Part shown: piece by piece, positions 8,330 to 17,208 of the stretch
How positions within the stretch are numbered: the first letter of the stretch is position 1
Layout of the letters: each line of letters opens with the position of its first letter
Assembly (NCBI GenBank): GCA_026225565.1
Contig: JAMFTA010000199.1
Coordinates: 1-32,000 of the forward strand
Source: Caulobacter sp.
Lineage (GTDB): Bacteria > Pseudomonadota > Alphaproteobacteria > Caulobacterales > Caulobacteraceae
Direction of reading: 5' to 3'
Length of the DNA: 32,000 nucleotides
The notes under the pieces: model-generated
Database searches by the model: none
Told to the model about the DNA's origin: nothing
The model's input: the letters and a program-made list of their open reading frames with translations, nothing else
Translations under genes and position numbers: made by a program

Positions 8330-9177
8330 AGGTGCGGCGCCTGAGTGCGGCGGACCAGCCAGGCCACCCCCGCCAGGTCGAAGATCCCCACCAGGGCCCG
8401 GCCCCAGTTGGTGTATTTCGAGGTACCCATGAGACGGGCGCGGTGACGCACCGGGTGGTTGATCAGGGGATGGCCGTAGCGCTGGAACAGGGCCGGCAGA
8501 AATCTGTGCATCCCTTCAAAGCAAGGCAGCAGCAGAAAATCGTCCCGCCGAAACACCTTCACCCCGCAGCCGGTGTCGGGGCAGTGGTCGCCAAGGAGGG
8601 ATGAGCGAATGCCGTTGGCGATGCGGGTGGCGATCAGACGCGAGAGCGGATCGTCCCGCCGCACCCGCACTCCAGCCACCAGGGGCGGCGACCCCAGCGC
8701 GGCCCAGGCGGCGTTCAGCATGTCGGGAAGGTCAGCCGGATCGTTCTGGCCGTCGCCGTCCAGCGTCGCAACCCAGGGCGCGCGAGCGGCGAGCACGCCG
8801 GTGCGCACGGCCTGCGACTTGCCGCAGCGCCGATCGTGGCGCACTAGGCGGATGCGGTCGTCGGCCAGGGCCATGGCTTCCAGCAAGGCCGGCGTGCCGT
8901 CGGACGAGCCGTCATCGACGAAGACGATCTCGAATGGCGCGATGGAGGCGAGCGCGCCCAGCACCTCGTGGGCCACGGCGGCGACGTTCTCGGCCTCGTT
9001 GAAGACGGCGATGACGATAGAGGCGCGCGGGAGGGACGCCGGCTGCCTTGCATCGTTGGACGGGATCGACAAAGGCCTGTTTTCCTGCGGCGAAGGTCGA
9101 CGGCGATTAGTCGGACGCCTCGTCGAAGAGGCAGACTGCCTACGAAGTGCCGCCGCCGCCGTCAAGCCGCGCCCCAT
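8326..9177 (-). CDS. polyprenyl-phosphate glycosyltransferase, GT2 (ArnC/GtrB/DPM1-like), copy 1
   Basis: The motifs are ASIVIAVFNEAEN, VFVDDGSSDGT, ATLDGDGQNDPAD, DTGCGVKVF and SKYTNWGRALV. The start is uncertain. ATG 9177 gives a 52-aa R/S/P-rich leader, whereas TTG 9072 gives a 248-aa protein that matches the paralog at 19054. The track ORF running to 9807 is an artefact. Confidence 0.85.
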   Translation of the reverse strand: MGRGLTAAAALRRQSASSTRRPTNRRRPSPQENRPLSIPSNDARQPASLPRASIVIAVFNEAENVAAVAHEVLGALASIAPFEIVFVDDGSSDGTPALLEAMALADDRIRLVRHDRRCGKSQAVRTGVLAARAPWVATLDGDGQNDPADLPDMLNAAWAALGSPPLVAGVRVRRDDPLSRLIATRIANGIRSSLLGDHCPDTGCGVKVFRRDDFLLLPCFEGMHRFLPALFQRYGHPLINHPVRHRARLMGTSKYTNWGRALVGIFDLAGVAWLVRRTQAPHL

Positions 9178-9294
9178 TCGCCAGTTCAGCTGGCAAGTGG
9201 CGGTCTGTCTGAACCGGCGAAGATAAATTGCCTCCAGAGCACAGATTTGTCTTCTATTGACGGTGGCGATCGGTTGGCAGGACAAGGGGCGGAT

Positions 9295-10206
9295 ATGGTG
9301 AACAGACGTGCGTTGGCGCTGAGCGCGCTCCTCATATTGGCGGCGCCTGCCGCTCTGGCGCAGAGCCCAGCCCAAGCGCCGCCGCCCACCCGGCTGATCG
9401 GCTTTATGACCGACTTCGATGTGAAGGACGACGCCGTCGCCATCTGCAAGGCGGTGATGGAGGGGGTCGCCCCAGGCGTGCGGGTTATCGACATCACCCA
9501 CGCGGTGGAGCCCTATAATGTGGCTGAGGCCGCGCGCTTCCTGGCGGGCTCGGCGCCCTATTTTCCAGCCGACGCGGTCTTTGTGGCGGTGGTCGACCCC
9601 GGCGTCGGCTCGGCGCGCAAGGCGATCATCGCCCATTCGGCGCGGGGGCAGTTCTTCGTCCTTCCGGACAATGGCCTCCTCACCTTGGTGCAGGACCAGG
9701 ACGGGATCGTCGCCGCCCGCGAGATCGTCAACCCCGCCTGGATGATCGGGGCCAAGCGCTCCTCCACCTTCCACGGGCGGGACATCTTCTCCCCGGCGGC
9801 GGCGCACCTAGCGCGGGGCGACGACTGGACGACGGCGGGCCCGGCCCTGGACGTGGCCAAGCTGGTGCGCCTGGCGCTGAAAACCGCCACGGTCGGGGCT
9901 GAGGGCGCGAGGGCGCAGGCCATCGGCACCGACGGGCCCTACGGCAATCTGATCCTCAACCTCACCGGCGCGCAGTTCGCCACCCTCGGCTATGGGCTAG
10001 GGGACGCCGTGCCGGTGGTCATCGACGGCAAGCCCTATCCGGCGCCCTTCGTCAAAACCTTCAGCGACGTGCCGGTGGGACGGCCGCTCCTCTACATCGA
10101 CTCGCGCGGCCGCATGGCCCTGGGCATCAACCAGGGGAACTTTGCGCAGACCTATAAGCTCGGCGAAGGCGCCGCCGTGGTCATTCCAAAAAAGGCGGCG
10201 CCCTGA
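9295..10206 (+). CDS. SAM hydrolase / SAM-dependent halogenase family (DUF62) protein with N-terminal signal peptide
   Basis: The family motifs are FMTDFD, VIDITHAV, VVDPGVGSARKAI, LPDNGLLT and STFHGRDIFSPAAAHLA. The N-terminus is MVNRRALALSALLILAAPAALA|QSP. AAGGGG lies ~7 nt upstream of ATG 9295. Confidence 0.85.
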   Translation: MVNRRALALSALLILAAPAALAQSPAQAPPPTRLIGFMTDFDVKDDAVAICKAVMEGVAPGVRVIDITHAVEPYNVAEAARFLAGSAPYFPADAVFVAVVDPGVGSARKAIIAHSARGQFFVLPDNGLLTLVQDQDGIVAAREIVNPAWMIGAKRSSTFHGRDIFSPAAAHLARGDDWTTAGPALDVAKLVRLALKTATVGAEGARAQAIGTDGPYGNLILNLTGAQFATLGYGLGDAVPVVIDGKPYPAPFVKTFSDVPVGRPLLYIDSRGRMALGINQGNFAQTYKLGEGAAVVIPKKAAP

Positions 10207-10222
10207 ACCTTAGCCGGCGCGC

Positions 10223-11254
10223 CTAGACCGGCGACGGGTTGCGTTCGGCGAAGGTGGCGGCCTGATGCCAGTAGGGGTAGGGGGCGGGTTTGGCGCTGGC
10301 CTCGTCGAGCCGCTTGACCTGTTCGGGCGTGAGATTCCAGCCGATGGCGCCGAGGTTCTGGCGCAGCTGTTCCTCGTTGCGTGCGCCGACGATCACCGAG
10401 GAGACGGTGGGCCGCTGGAGCAGCCAGTTCAGCGCGATCTGCGGCACCGTCCTGCCGGTCTCCTCGGCCACGGCGTCCAGCGCGTCGACCACCTTATAGA
10501 CGTACTCATTCTCGAGCGGCGGGCCCATGTCGCCGGTCTTGTGCAGGCGGCTGGTGTTGGGCAGCGGCTGGCCGCGGCGGACCTTGCCGGTCAGGCGCCC
10601 CCAGCCCAGCGGGCTCCACACCACGGCGCCGAGGCCCTGGTCGAGACCGAGGGGCATCAGCTCCTGCTCATAATCGCGGCCGATCAGGGAGTAGTAGGTC
10701 TGGTTGGCCACATAGCGCGGATAGCCGTAGCGTTCGGCGGCGGCCTGGGACTTCATCAGGTGCCAGCCGGAGAAGTTGGAGACGCCCGTGTAGCGGATCT
10801 TGCCCTCGCGCACGAGCTGATCCAGCGTCGCCAGCGTCTCCTCCACCGGGGTCTCCGCGTCGAAACCGTGCAGCTGGAAGAGGTCGATGTAGTCGGTGCC
10901 GAGCCGCCTCAGCGCCTTCTCCACCGCGTCGATCAGGTGGTGGCGGGACGAGCCGACGGCGTTGGCGGCCTCGCCGACGCGGAAGGTCGCCTTGGTGGAG
11001 ATGATCAGGCTGTCGCGCGGGCGTCCCTTGATCGCCTGACCCAGCACCTCTTCCGCGGCGCCGGCCGAATAGACGTCGGCGCTGTCGAACATGTTCACCC
11101 CGGCGTCCAGGCAGACATCCACAAGGCGCTTGGCCTCATCCACCTGGGTTTCGCCCCAGGCCTGGAACAGCTCGCCCTTACCGCCGAAGGTGGCGGTGCC
11201 GAAACTGAGGGCCGGGACCTTAAAGCCCGATGCGCCGAGGCGACGATGGTCCAT
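10223..11254 (-). CDS. aldo/keto reductase
   Basis: MDHRRLGASGFKVPALSFGTATFG..., DSADVYS and IDLFQLHGFD are typical of the AKR family. I chose ATG 11254, and the track's upstream extension is unsupported. Confidence 0.9.
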   Translation of the reverse strand: MDHRRLGASGFKVPALSFGTATFGGKGELFQAWGETQVDEAKRLVDVCLDAGVNMFDSADVYSAGAAEEVLGQAIKGRPRDSLIISTKATFRVGEAANAVGSSRHHLIDAVEKALRRLGTDYIDLFQLHGFDAETPVEETLATLDQLVREGKIRYTGVSNFSGWHLMKSQAAAERYGYPRYVANQTYYSLIGRDYEQELMPLGLDQGLGAVVWSPLGWGRLTGKVRRGQPLPNTSRLHKTGDMGPPLENEYVYKVVDALDAVAEETGRTVPQIALNWLLQRPTVSSVIVGARNEEQLRQNLGAIGWNLTPEQVKRLDEASAKPAPYPYWHQAATFAERNPSPV

Positions 11255-11426
11255 GGGTAGTGTCCTTTTGCGCGCCGCCCGCTTCGGCGACCCAGAGCAT
11301 CTAAGCCCGATCGGCGACGCGACAAGGCCCCAGGGCGCGCGAGGGCGTCGCTCCGCCTCGCCCACGGGCTGGATGTAATCGGCGAAAGCTATCGCCAAAC
11401 GCCCGCCCCGCGCTAAAGAGCGATCC

Positions 11427-11888
11427 ATGGCCTTCTATATCGAACACCGCATCGGCATCGGCGCGTCGCCCGAGGTCGTCTGGGCGATCCTCTCGGACAT
11501 CGAAGGATGGCCGACCTGGGCGCCCCACTACCGCCGCGCCAGCGGAAACCTGCGCATCGGCGATCTGGTGGTGGTGGAGCAGGCGCTGCAGGGCGAGGAG
11601 CCGGAGACCCTGAACTATCGGGTGCTGGATTGGGCGCCCGACATCCAGATCCACCTGCAGACCCGGCTCTGCGGCGGCCTCTTCTCCACCACCCGCTATA
11701 TGGAGATCGACAAGCTGTCGGAGGTCGGCTGCGTCTTCGGCAATGGGGAGATCTTTCGCGGCCTCCTGACGCGCTTCTTCCCCCGCCGCCTGAAGGGAGC
11801 GATCCGCCAGAGCTTTGTGGAGATGAGCGAGGCTTTGAAGGTGAAGGCCGAAGCCGTATGGGCGGAGCAGGAGCGCAGCCTTGGTTGA
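11427..11888 (+). CDS. SRPBCC (START/polyketide-cyclase-like) family protein
   Basis: The 153-aa product has an N-terminus (IEHRIGIGASPEVVWAILSDIEGWPTW) typical of SRPBCC ligand-binding proteins. Confidence 0.7.
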   Translation: MAFYIEHRIGIGASPEVVWAILSDIEGWPTWAPHYRRASGNLRIGDLVVVEQALQGEEPETLNYRVLDWAPDIQIHLQTRLCGGLFSTTRYMEIDKLSEVGCVFGNGEIFRGLLTRFFPRRLKGAIRQSFVEMSEALKVKAEAVWAEQERSLG

Positions 11889-12231
11889 AGCGACCTGCCA
11901 CTGCGGCGCCGTGTGCATCGCCATGGATGCGCCGGAGACGGTGACCGACTGCAACTGCTCCATCTGCCGCCGCTACGGGGTTCTGTGGGCCTACTACCCG
12001 CTCGCCCAGGTGCGCTTCGTCGAGTGCGGCCCCACCGACATCTACATGTGGGACGACCGCTCGCTGGAGTTCCATCGCTGCGCCGGCTGCGGCTGCGTCA
12101 CCCACTGGTCGGCGGTCGATAAGGGGCGGGACAAGATGGCCGTGAACGCCCGCCTATTGAGCCCCGACGTCCTGGCGGCGGCGCGGGTGCGGCGGCTGGA
12201 TGGGGCGCACACCGGGACCTATCTCGACTGA
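11881..12231 (+). CDS. GFA-family (glutathione-dependent formaldehyde-activating-like, CENP-V type) zinc protein
   Basis: The Cys pattern is CHCGAV...CNCSIC...CAGCGC. The TTG start overlaps the upstream stop by 8 nt, so the exact start is uncertain. Confidence 0.7.
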   Translation: MVEATCHCGAVCIAMDAPETVTDCNCSICRRYGVLWAYYPLAQVRFVECGPTDIYMWDDRSLEFHRCAGCGCVTHWSAVDKGRDKMAVNARLLSPDVLAAARVRRLDGAHTGTYLD

Positions 12232-12259
12232 GATCCCATCTCAACCGAGATCCGCGGCC

Positions 12260-13336
12260 CTAGGCGGCCTGCGGCAGGGCGGCGAGGTCTGGCCGGGTGA
12301 TGGTCACGCTCAAGCCTTGACCGCTGCTGACCGCATCCATCCGGGCGTCCAGATTCTTCACCAGGGCCTTGACGATGACGGTGCCGAGGCCGCGACTCGG
12401 GCCGCTCGCCGGCTTGTCGGCCTTGCCGACGCCGTTGTCCGCAATGCCCAGGCGCCAGCCTGCGCTATGGCTGGCGTAGGAGACGGTCACCAGCCCGCCG
12501 GCCGAACCTGGAGGAAAGGCGTATTTGATGGCGTTGATCACCAGCTCGGTGACGATCAGGCCGATGTTCACCGCCTCGGCCGAACCGATCTTGCCCTGGT
12601 CGGCCACGACCTCCAGCCGGATCGTCTCGCCGTCGCCGATCATCGAGGCGCCAAGGCTGGCGCAGAGCTTGGCGAGATAGGCTCCGACCTCGATCCGATC
12701 CACCTCGCTGGAGGCGTAGAGGTAGGACTGCACCGCCGCCACCGACATCACCCGCTGGTGGGCGTCCTGCAGATGGTGGCGGGTTTCCTCGGAGACCACG
12801 CCGCGAGCCTTCAGCATCAGGATGCTGGCGATGATCTGCAGGCTGTTGGCGACCCGGTGCTCCATTTCCTGCAAGAGCACGTTCTTTTGCGCCACCAGGG
12901 CGACGCTCTCCTCCAGCAGCACCTCCTTCTCGCGCTCCACCGCCCGCCGCTCGGTCACGTCGGTAAAGGCCAGAAGGATCATGGTTTCTGCGTCGGCGCG
13001 GCCGCCCTCCACCATGCGCGCGTTCAAGAGCATGATGCGCCGGCCGACCCCCGGAAAGTCGTGATCGACTTCGAAATCGTCCATGACCTTGTGTTGAGGG
13101 ATGATGGTTTCGAGCAGCACCCGGAGGGCCGGAATATCCCACTGGCCGTCGCCCAGGTCATAGAGGCGGCGCCCGTGGGTGTGCTCGGGATCGACCTTGA
13201 AGATCTCGTAGAAGGAGCGGCTGGCGGCCAGGACGTTGAAGTGGCGATCGAGCACCATGAAGGGCTCGTGAATGGTGTTGACGATGGCATGGGCCAGGCT
13301 GTGGCCGTCCTCCAGTTCGCGCAAAGGGTTTTCCAT
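12260..13336 (-). CDS. PAS-domain sensor histidine kinase, HisKA_2/HWE type
   Basis: A PAS-like N-terminal half is followed by the H-box EMEHRVANSLQIIASIL and an ATPase region (ELVINAIKYAF, DNGVG, GLGT). There are no transmembrane segments and no adjacent response regulator. I prefer ATG 13336 over TTG 13360. Confidence 0.85.
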   Translation of the reverse strand: MENPLRELEDGHSLAHAIVNTIHEPFMVLDRHFNVLAASRSFYEIFKVDPEHTHGRRLYDLGDGQWDIPALRVLLETIIPQHKVMDDFEVDHDFPGVGRRIMLLNARMVEGGRADAETMILLAFTDVTERRAVEREKEVLLEESVALVAQKNVLLQEMEHRVANSLQIIASILMLKARGVVSEETRHHLQDAHQRVMSVAAVQSYLYASSEVDRIEVGAYLAKLCASLGASMIGDGETIRLEVVADQGKIGSAEAVNIGLIVTELVINAIKYAFPPGSAGGLVTVSYASHSAGWRLGIADNGVGKADKPASGPSRGLGTVIVKALVKNLDARMDAVSSGQGLSVTITRPDLAALPQAA

Positions 13337-13470
13337 GGAACGCGATCCGATCTTCGGCAATGCCCGCCCGCAGCGTTGGCGGCGTCCGCGGACGAAGAGC
13401 CCAAGCTAGAATTTACGTCATCCAGCCGACAAAGTCGCCTACCTTTGCTATTATGTGTCGACCGTCTGAC

Positions 13471-13980
13471 ATGGACTGTCCCTTCCCCTCGGCGGCTTCA
13501 CCGCCTATCTGCCATGCCGTGATCGACGCCCTCTATTCCGACCGCATCCTCGCCCTCGCCGCCAACATGCCGCGCGCGGGACGCCTGCCTGCGCCCGACG
13601 CCTCGTCGCAAAAGACCTCCAAGCTCTGCGGCTCCACCGTGATCGTCGATGTGGCGATGCGGGACGGGCGGGTGGCTGACTTCGCCCAGGATGTGCGCGC
13701 CTGCGCGCTCGGCCAAGCCTCGGCGGCGGTCTTGGGCGACAAGGTGATCGGCGCCGACCTAGGCGAGCTCGAAGCGGCTCGAAACGCCCTTCGCGATATG
13801 CTAAAGGCTGATGGGCCGCCCCCGAGCGGCCGCTTTGCGGATCTTTACGTGTTGCAGCCGGTGAAAGACTATCCCGCCCGCCACGCCTCCACGCTCCTGG
13901 CGTTCGAGGCCGTGCTGGAGGCTGTGCGCAGCGCGGCAAAAACGGCCCATCCGCGAACTATCACCGCCGTCACGGGTTGA
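13471..13980 (+). CDS. NifU/IscU-N-terminal-like protein (degenerate Fe-S scaffold homolog)
   Basis: IDALYSDRILALAANMP, KLCGST, RACALGQASAAV and PARHASTLLAFEA resemble the IscU/SufU fold. The start is either ATG 13471 or GTG 13519, and GTG 13519 gives the family-typical MIDALYS N-terminus. Confidence 0.7.
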   Translation: MDCPFPSAASPPICHAVIDALYSDRILALAANMPRAGRLPAPDASSQKTSKLCGSTVIVDVAMRDGRVADFAQDVRACALGQASAAVLGDKVIGADLGELEAARNALRDMLKADGPPPSGRFADLYVLQPVKDYPARHASTLLAFEAVLEAVRSAAKTAHPRTITAVTG

Positions 13981-14046
13981 TCGGCTCTTTTCGCGTGCGA
14001 TAAGCGGCCCGTCAGGTTCGGCCCGGCGGTTGACGGCCACAGGAAG

Positions 14047-14292
14047 ATGACCTTCTACGAACGCTGCGTCAGGGGCGCCGTCCGCGCCTACAAACTGACG
14101 CTCTCGCCCATGATCGGGCGCCAATGCCGCTTTCTGCCGACCTGTTCGGCCTATGCGGAAGAGGCGCTGATCCGGCACGGGCCTTGGCGGGGCGGATCGA
14201 TGACCCTCCGCCGCCTGTGCCGCTGTCATCCCTTCGGCGGGTCGGGCTATGACCCCGTGCCGCCCGCCGAGACCGAGATTCGAAAGAGCTGA
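14047..14292 (+). CDS. yidD: membrane protein insertion efficiency factor YidD
   Basis: The 81-aa product carries [27 protein letters not shown] and GYDPVP. Confidence 0.9.
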   Translation: MTFYERCVRGAVRAYKLTLSPMIGRQCRFLPTCSAYAEEALIRHGPWRGGSMTLRRLCRCHPFGGSGYDPVPPAETEIRKS

Positions 14293-14294
14293 CC

Positions 14295-16226
14295 ATGCTT
14301 CAATTACAATTTCCCGACGGCGCCGTGCGCTACTATCCCGACGGCGCCACCGGCCGCGAGATCGCCGAGGCCCTCTCTAAATCCCTGGCCAAGAAGGCGG
14401 CGCTGATTCGCCTCGACGGCGTCCTGCTCGACATCGACCGCCCGCTGTATTCCGACAGCCGCATCGAGATCCTGACGCGGGAGGACCCCGCCGTGCTGGA
14501 CACCATCCGCCACGACGCCAGCCACGTGATGGCCGAAGCCGTTCAAGAGCTGTTCCCCGGCACGCAAGTCACCATCGGCCCCTCGATCGAGGACGGCTTC
14601 TATTACGACTTCGCCCGCGACGAGCCCTTCTCCCTGGACGACCTGCCGAAGATCGAAGCCAAGATGCGCGAGATCGTCGATCGCGGCGAGAAGATCGAGC
14701 GGCTGGTCTGGCCGCGCGAAGAGGCCATCGCCCACTTCACGGCCATCGGCGAGACCTATAAGGCGCAGATCATTGAGGACCTGCCGGGGGGCGATGAGAT
14801 CACCGTCTATCGCCAGGGCAAGTGGCAGGACCTGTGCCGCGGCCCCCACCTGCCCTCCACCAAATTCGTCGGTAAGGCGTTCAAGCTGACCAAGCTGGCG
14901 GGGGCCTACTGGCGCGGCGACAGCAACAATGCTCAGCTGCAACGCATCTATGGCACCGCCTGGGCGACGCAGGAGGACCTGGACGCCTATCTGCATCGCG
15001 TCGAGGAGGCCGAGAAGCGCGACCACCGCCGCATCGGCAAGCTGATGGACCTCTTCCACATCCAGGAAGAGGGCAAGGGCATGGTCTTCTGGCACAAGAA
15101 CGGCTGGACCCTCTACCGGATGCTAGAGGCCTATATGCGCCGGCGGCTGGAGGCGGCCGACTATGGCGAGGTGAAGACGCCCCAGATTCTGGACCGCTCA
15201 TTGTGGGAAAAGTCCGGCCACTGGGCCATGTTCGGCCACGCCATGTTCGTCTGCGAAACCGACGAGGGCGAGGCCCTAGCCGTCAAGCCGATGAACTGCC
15301 CCGGCCACGTGCAGATCTTCAACATGGGACAGAAGTCCTATCGGGACCTCCCCTTGCGCATGGCCGAGTTCGGCGCCTGCCACCGCTTTGAGCCGTCCGG
15401 GGGGCTGCACGGCATCATGCGCGTGCGCGGCTTCACCCAGGACGACGCCCACATCTTCTGCCGCGACGACCAGATCGAAAGCGAAACAACCCGGTTCGTG
15501 GAACTGTTGCATTCGGTCTATAAGGACCTCGGGGTGGAGCTTCACAGTGTGAAATTGGCCCTAAGGCCCGAGCTTCGCGCCGGCACGGACGCCGTGTGGG
15601 ATGAAGCCGAGGCCAAGCTGGAGCGCGCCGCCATCGCCGCCGGCATGACCGTGGAGATGCTCCCGGGGGAGGGCGCATTCTACGGTCCCAAGCTAGAGTT
15701 CCACCTGAAGGACGCCATCGGCCGCACCTGGCAGTGCGGCACCTTGCAGCTGGACTTTGTCCTGCCCGAGCGGCTGGGCGCCGAGTACGTGGCCGAGGAC
15801 GGCTCAAAGCAGCGGCCGGTCATGCTCCACCGCGCCATTTTGGGCACGTTCGAGCGGTTTTTGGGCATTCTGATCGAAAACTACGCCGGCAACTTCCCCT
15901 TGTGGCTTGCGCCAGTGCAGTGTGTGGTTACCACAATCACTTCGGATGCCGAGGCTTATGGCCATGAGGCGGTCGCCCGACTGCGGGCGGCGGGGCTCAG
16001 GGTCGAAGAGGATTTTCGCAATGAGAAGATCAATTACAAGATCCGCGAACATAGCCTTGCCAAGGTCCCGGTGATCGCTGTCGTCGGCCGCAGGGAGGCC
16101 GAAATGGGCCAGGTTGCGCTTCGACGCCTGGGAAGCGACCAGCAGAGCTTGCTCACCCTCGACGATGCTGCTCAATTGCTGTCAATTGAGGCGCTGGCGC
16201 CCGATTTGGCGAGGCTGATCCATTGA
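14295..16226 (+). CDS. thrS: threonine--tRNA ligase
   Basis: The 643-aa product has a TGS-like N-terminus, an editing-domain HxxxH region, class II motifs ([31 protein letters not shown]) and an anticodon-binding C-terminus. It starts 2 nt after the yidD stop. Confidence 0.98.
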   Translation: MLQLQFPDGAVRYYPDGATGREIAEALSKSLAKKAALIRLDGVLLDIDRPLYSDSRIEILTREDPAVLDTIRHDASHVMAEAVQELFPGTQVTIGPSIEDGFYYDFARDEPFSLDDLPKIEAKMREIVDRGEKIERLVWPREEAIAHFTAIGETYKAQIIEDLPGGDEITVYRQGKWQDLCRGPHLPSTKFVGKAFKLTKLAGAYWRGDSNNAQLQRIYGTAWATQEDLDAYLHRVEEAEKRDHRRIGKLMDLFHIQEEGKGMVFWHKNGWTLYRMLEAYMRRRLEAADYGEVKTPQILDRSLWEKSGHWAMFGHAMFVCETDEGEALAVKPMNCPGHVQIFNMGQKSYRDLPLRMAEFGACHRFEPSGGLHGIMRVRGFTQDDAHIFCRDDQIESETTRFVELLHSVYKDLGVELHSVKLALRPELRAGTDAVWDEAEAKLERAAIAAGMTVEMLPGEGAFYGPKLEFHLKDAIGRTWQCGTLQLDFVLPERLGAEYVAEDGSKQRPVMLHRAILGTFERFLGILIENYAGNFPLWLAPVQCVVTTITSDAEAYGHEAVARLRAAGLRVEEDFRNEKINYKIREHSLAKVPVIAVVGRREAEMGQVALRRLGSDQQSLLTLDDAAQLLSIEALAPDLARLIH

Positions 16227-16245
16227 CGGTCGTGTTAGGGAACGC

Positions 16246-17202
16246 ATGAACGACAGCTCCGGCCTATTTCTGAAGGGCGCGCTGGCGGGCTCGCTGTGGA
16301 CCGCCTCGCCCCTGGGTCCCGAAATCTCCGTGGTCATGGTGGTTTATCGCACCGGGCCGGTCTTGGCCGACAGCGTCGCCCGGGTGCTTAACGACCCGGA
16401 CGTGGACGAGCTGATCCTGGTGGACAATGGCTCAACCGTCGAAGAAGCCGCAGTGCTCGACGCGGCGGCGGCGCGCGACAAGCGGGTCACCTTGATTCGC
16501 GGCCAGGACAATGTCGGCTTCGCCCGCGGCGCCAACATGGGGGCCAAGGCCGCCCACGGCGAAGTGCTGGTGGTGCTCAATCCCGACGCCTTCCTGCAGG
16601 AGGGCTGCGTCAGGGCGCTGCGGGCGGGGCTCAAGGATCAACAGGTTCCCTGTCTGATCGGCGCGCGTATTCTCAATCAGGACGGATCCGAGCAACGCGG
16701 CGCCCGGCGCGGCGAGGTGACGCCGATGACCAGCATTCTCAGCCTCACCCATCTGTCCAAGATGCTCGGCGGGCTGAAGAGCTTCGATATACACCACGAG
16801 AATGAACCCACCCCCATGCGCGGCATCCCGGTGCCGACTATATCGGGGGCCTGTTTCGCTATCCGCCGCTACGACTTCTTCTCTGTCGGCGGTTTCGACG
16901 CGGGCTATTTCCTGCACGTTGAGGACGTGGATCTCTGCTGGCGGGTGCGCAAGGCCGGCGGTCAGGTGTTGTTCGAGCCGCGGGCGCGGGTGGTCCATCT
17001 GGGCTCCACCAGCCTGCAGTCGCCCTTGAAGGTGGAGTTCTGGAAGGGCGTTGGCCTTGCCCGCTTTTTCCGCAAGCGCGCCGACACCGCCAAGCGGGCC
17101 GCCGCCGCCTTCCTGCTCACCCCCTTGATCATCGCCACCTCGGTGGTGCGGCCCATCCTGCGTGGGCAAGCCTTCAAGAGCCGGGGCGGTCTGCGGTTTT
17201 AA
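16246..17202 (+). CDS. glycosyltransferase family 2 (soluble, WbbL/rhamnosyltransferase-like type)
   Basis: The motifs are ISVVMVVYRTG, LILVDNGS, NVGFARGANMG, VLNPDAF and HVEDVDLCWR. It starts 19 nt after the thrS stop. Confidence 0.85.
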   Translation: MNDSSGLFLKGALAGSLWTASPLGPEISVVMVVYRTGPVLADSVARVLNDPDVDELILVDNGSTVEEAAVLDAAAARDKRVTLIRGQDNVGFARGANMGAKAAHGEVLVVLNPDAFLQEGCVRALRAGLKDQQVPCLIGARILNQDGSEQRGARRGEVTPMTSILSLTHLSKMLGGLKSFDIHHENEPTPMRGIPVPTISGACFAIRRYDFFSVGGFDAGYFLHVEDVDLCWRVRKAGGQVLFEPRARVVHLGSTSLQSPLKVEFWKGVGLARFFRKRADTAKRAAAAFLLTPLIIATSVVRPILRGQAFKSRGGLRF

Positions 17203-17208
17203 AGCTAT

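Noticed and set aside
6057-9177. I considered whether the glycosyltransferases flanking efp might be an EarP-like EF-P glycosylation system.
   Set aside because: EarP-type rhamnosylation targets an arginine at the loop tip and uses a soluble cytoplasmic enzyme. This EF-P has lysine (KPGKGG). The neighbours are a membrane GT2/GT-C pair whose transfer step is periplasmic, and they are convergent with efp, not co-transcribed.
9178-9294. I looked for a SAM-responsive riboswitch (SAM-II or SAM-V) in the leader of the SAM-hydrolase-family gene.
   Set aside because: I saw no recognisable conserved core. The only structures are a 6-bp inverted repeat (GTTCAG...CTGAAC) and a TTGACG -35-like hexamer without a matching -10.
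8326-9807. The track shows very long N-terminal extensions of several ORFs: 8326-9807, 17923-19776, 8968-10206, 10223-11428, 2884-3825, 13360-13980 and 23468-27034.
   Set aside because: The upstream parts overlap neighbouring real genes or divergent promoters and lack homology. Internal starts give family-typical N-termini, and some have good Shine-Dalgarno sequences.
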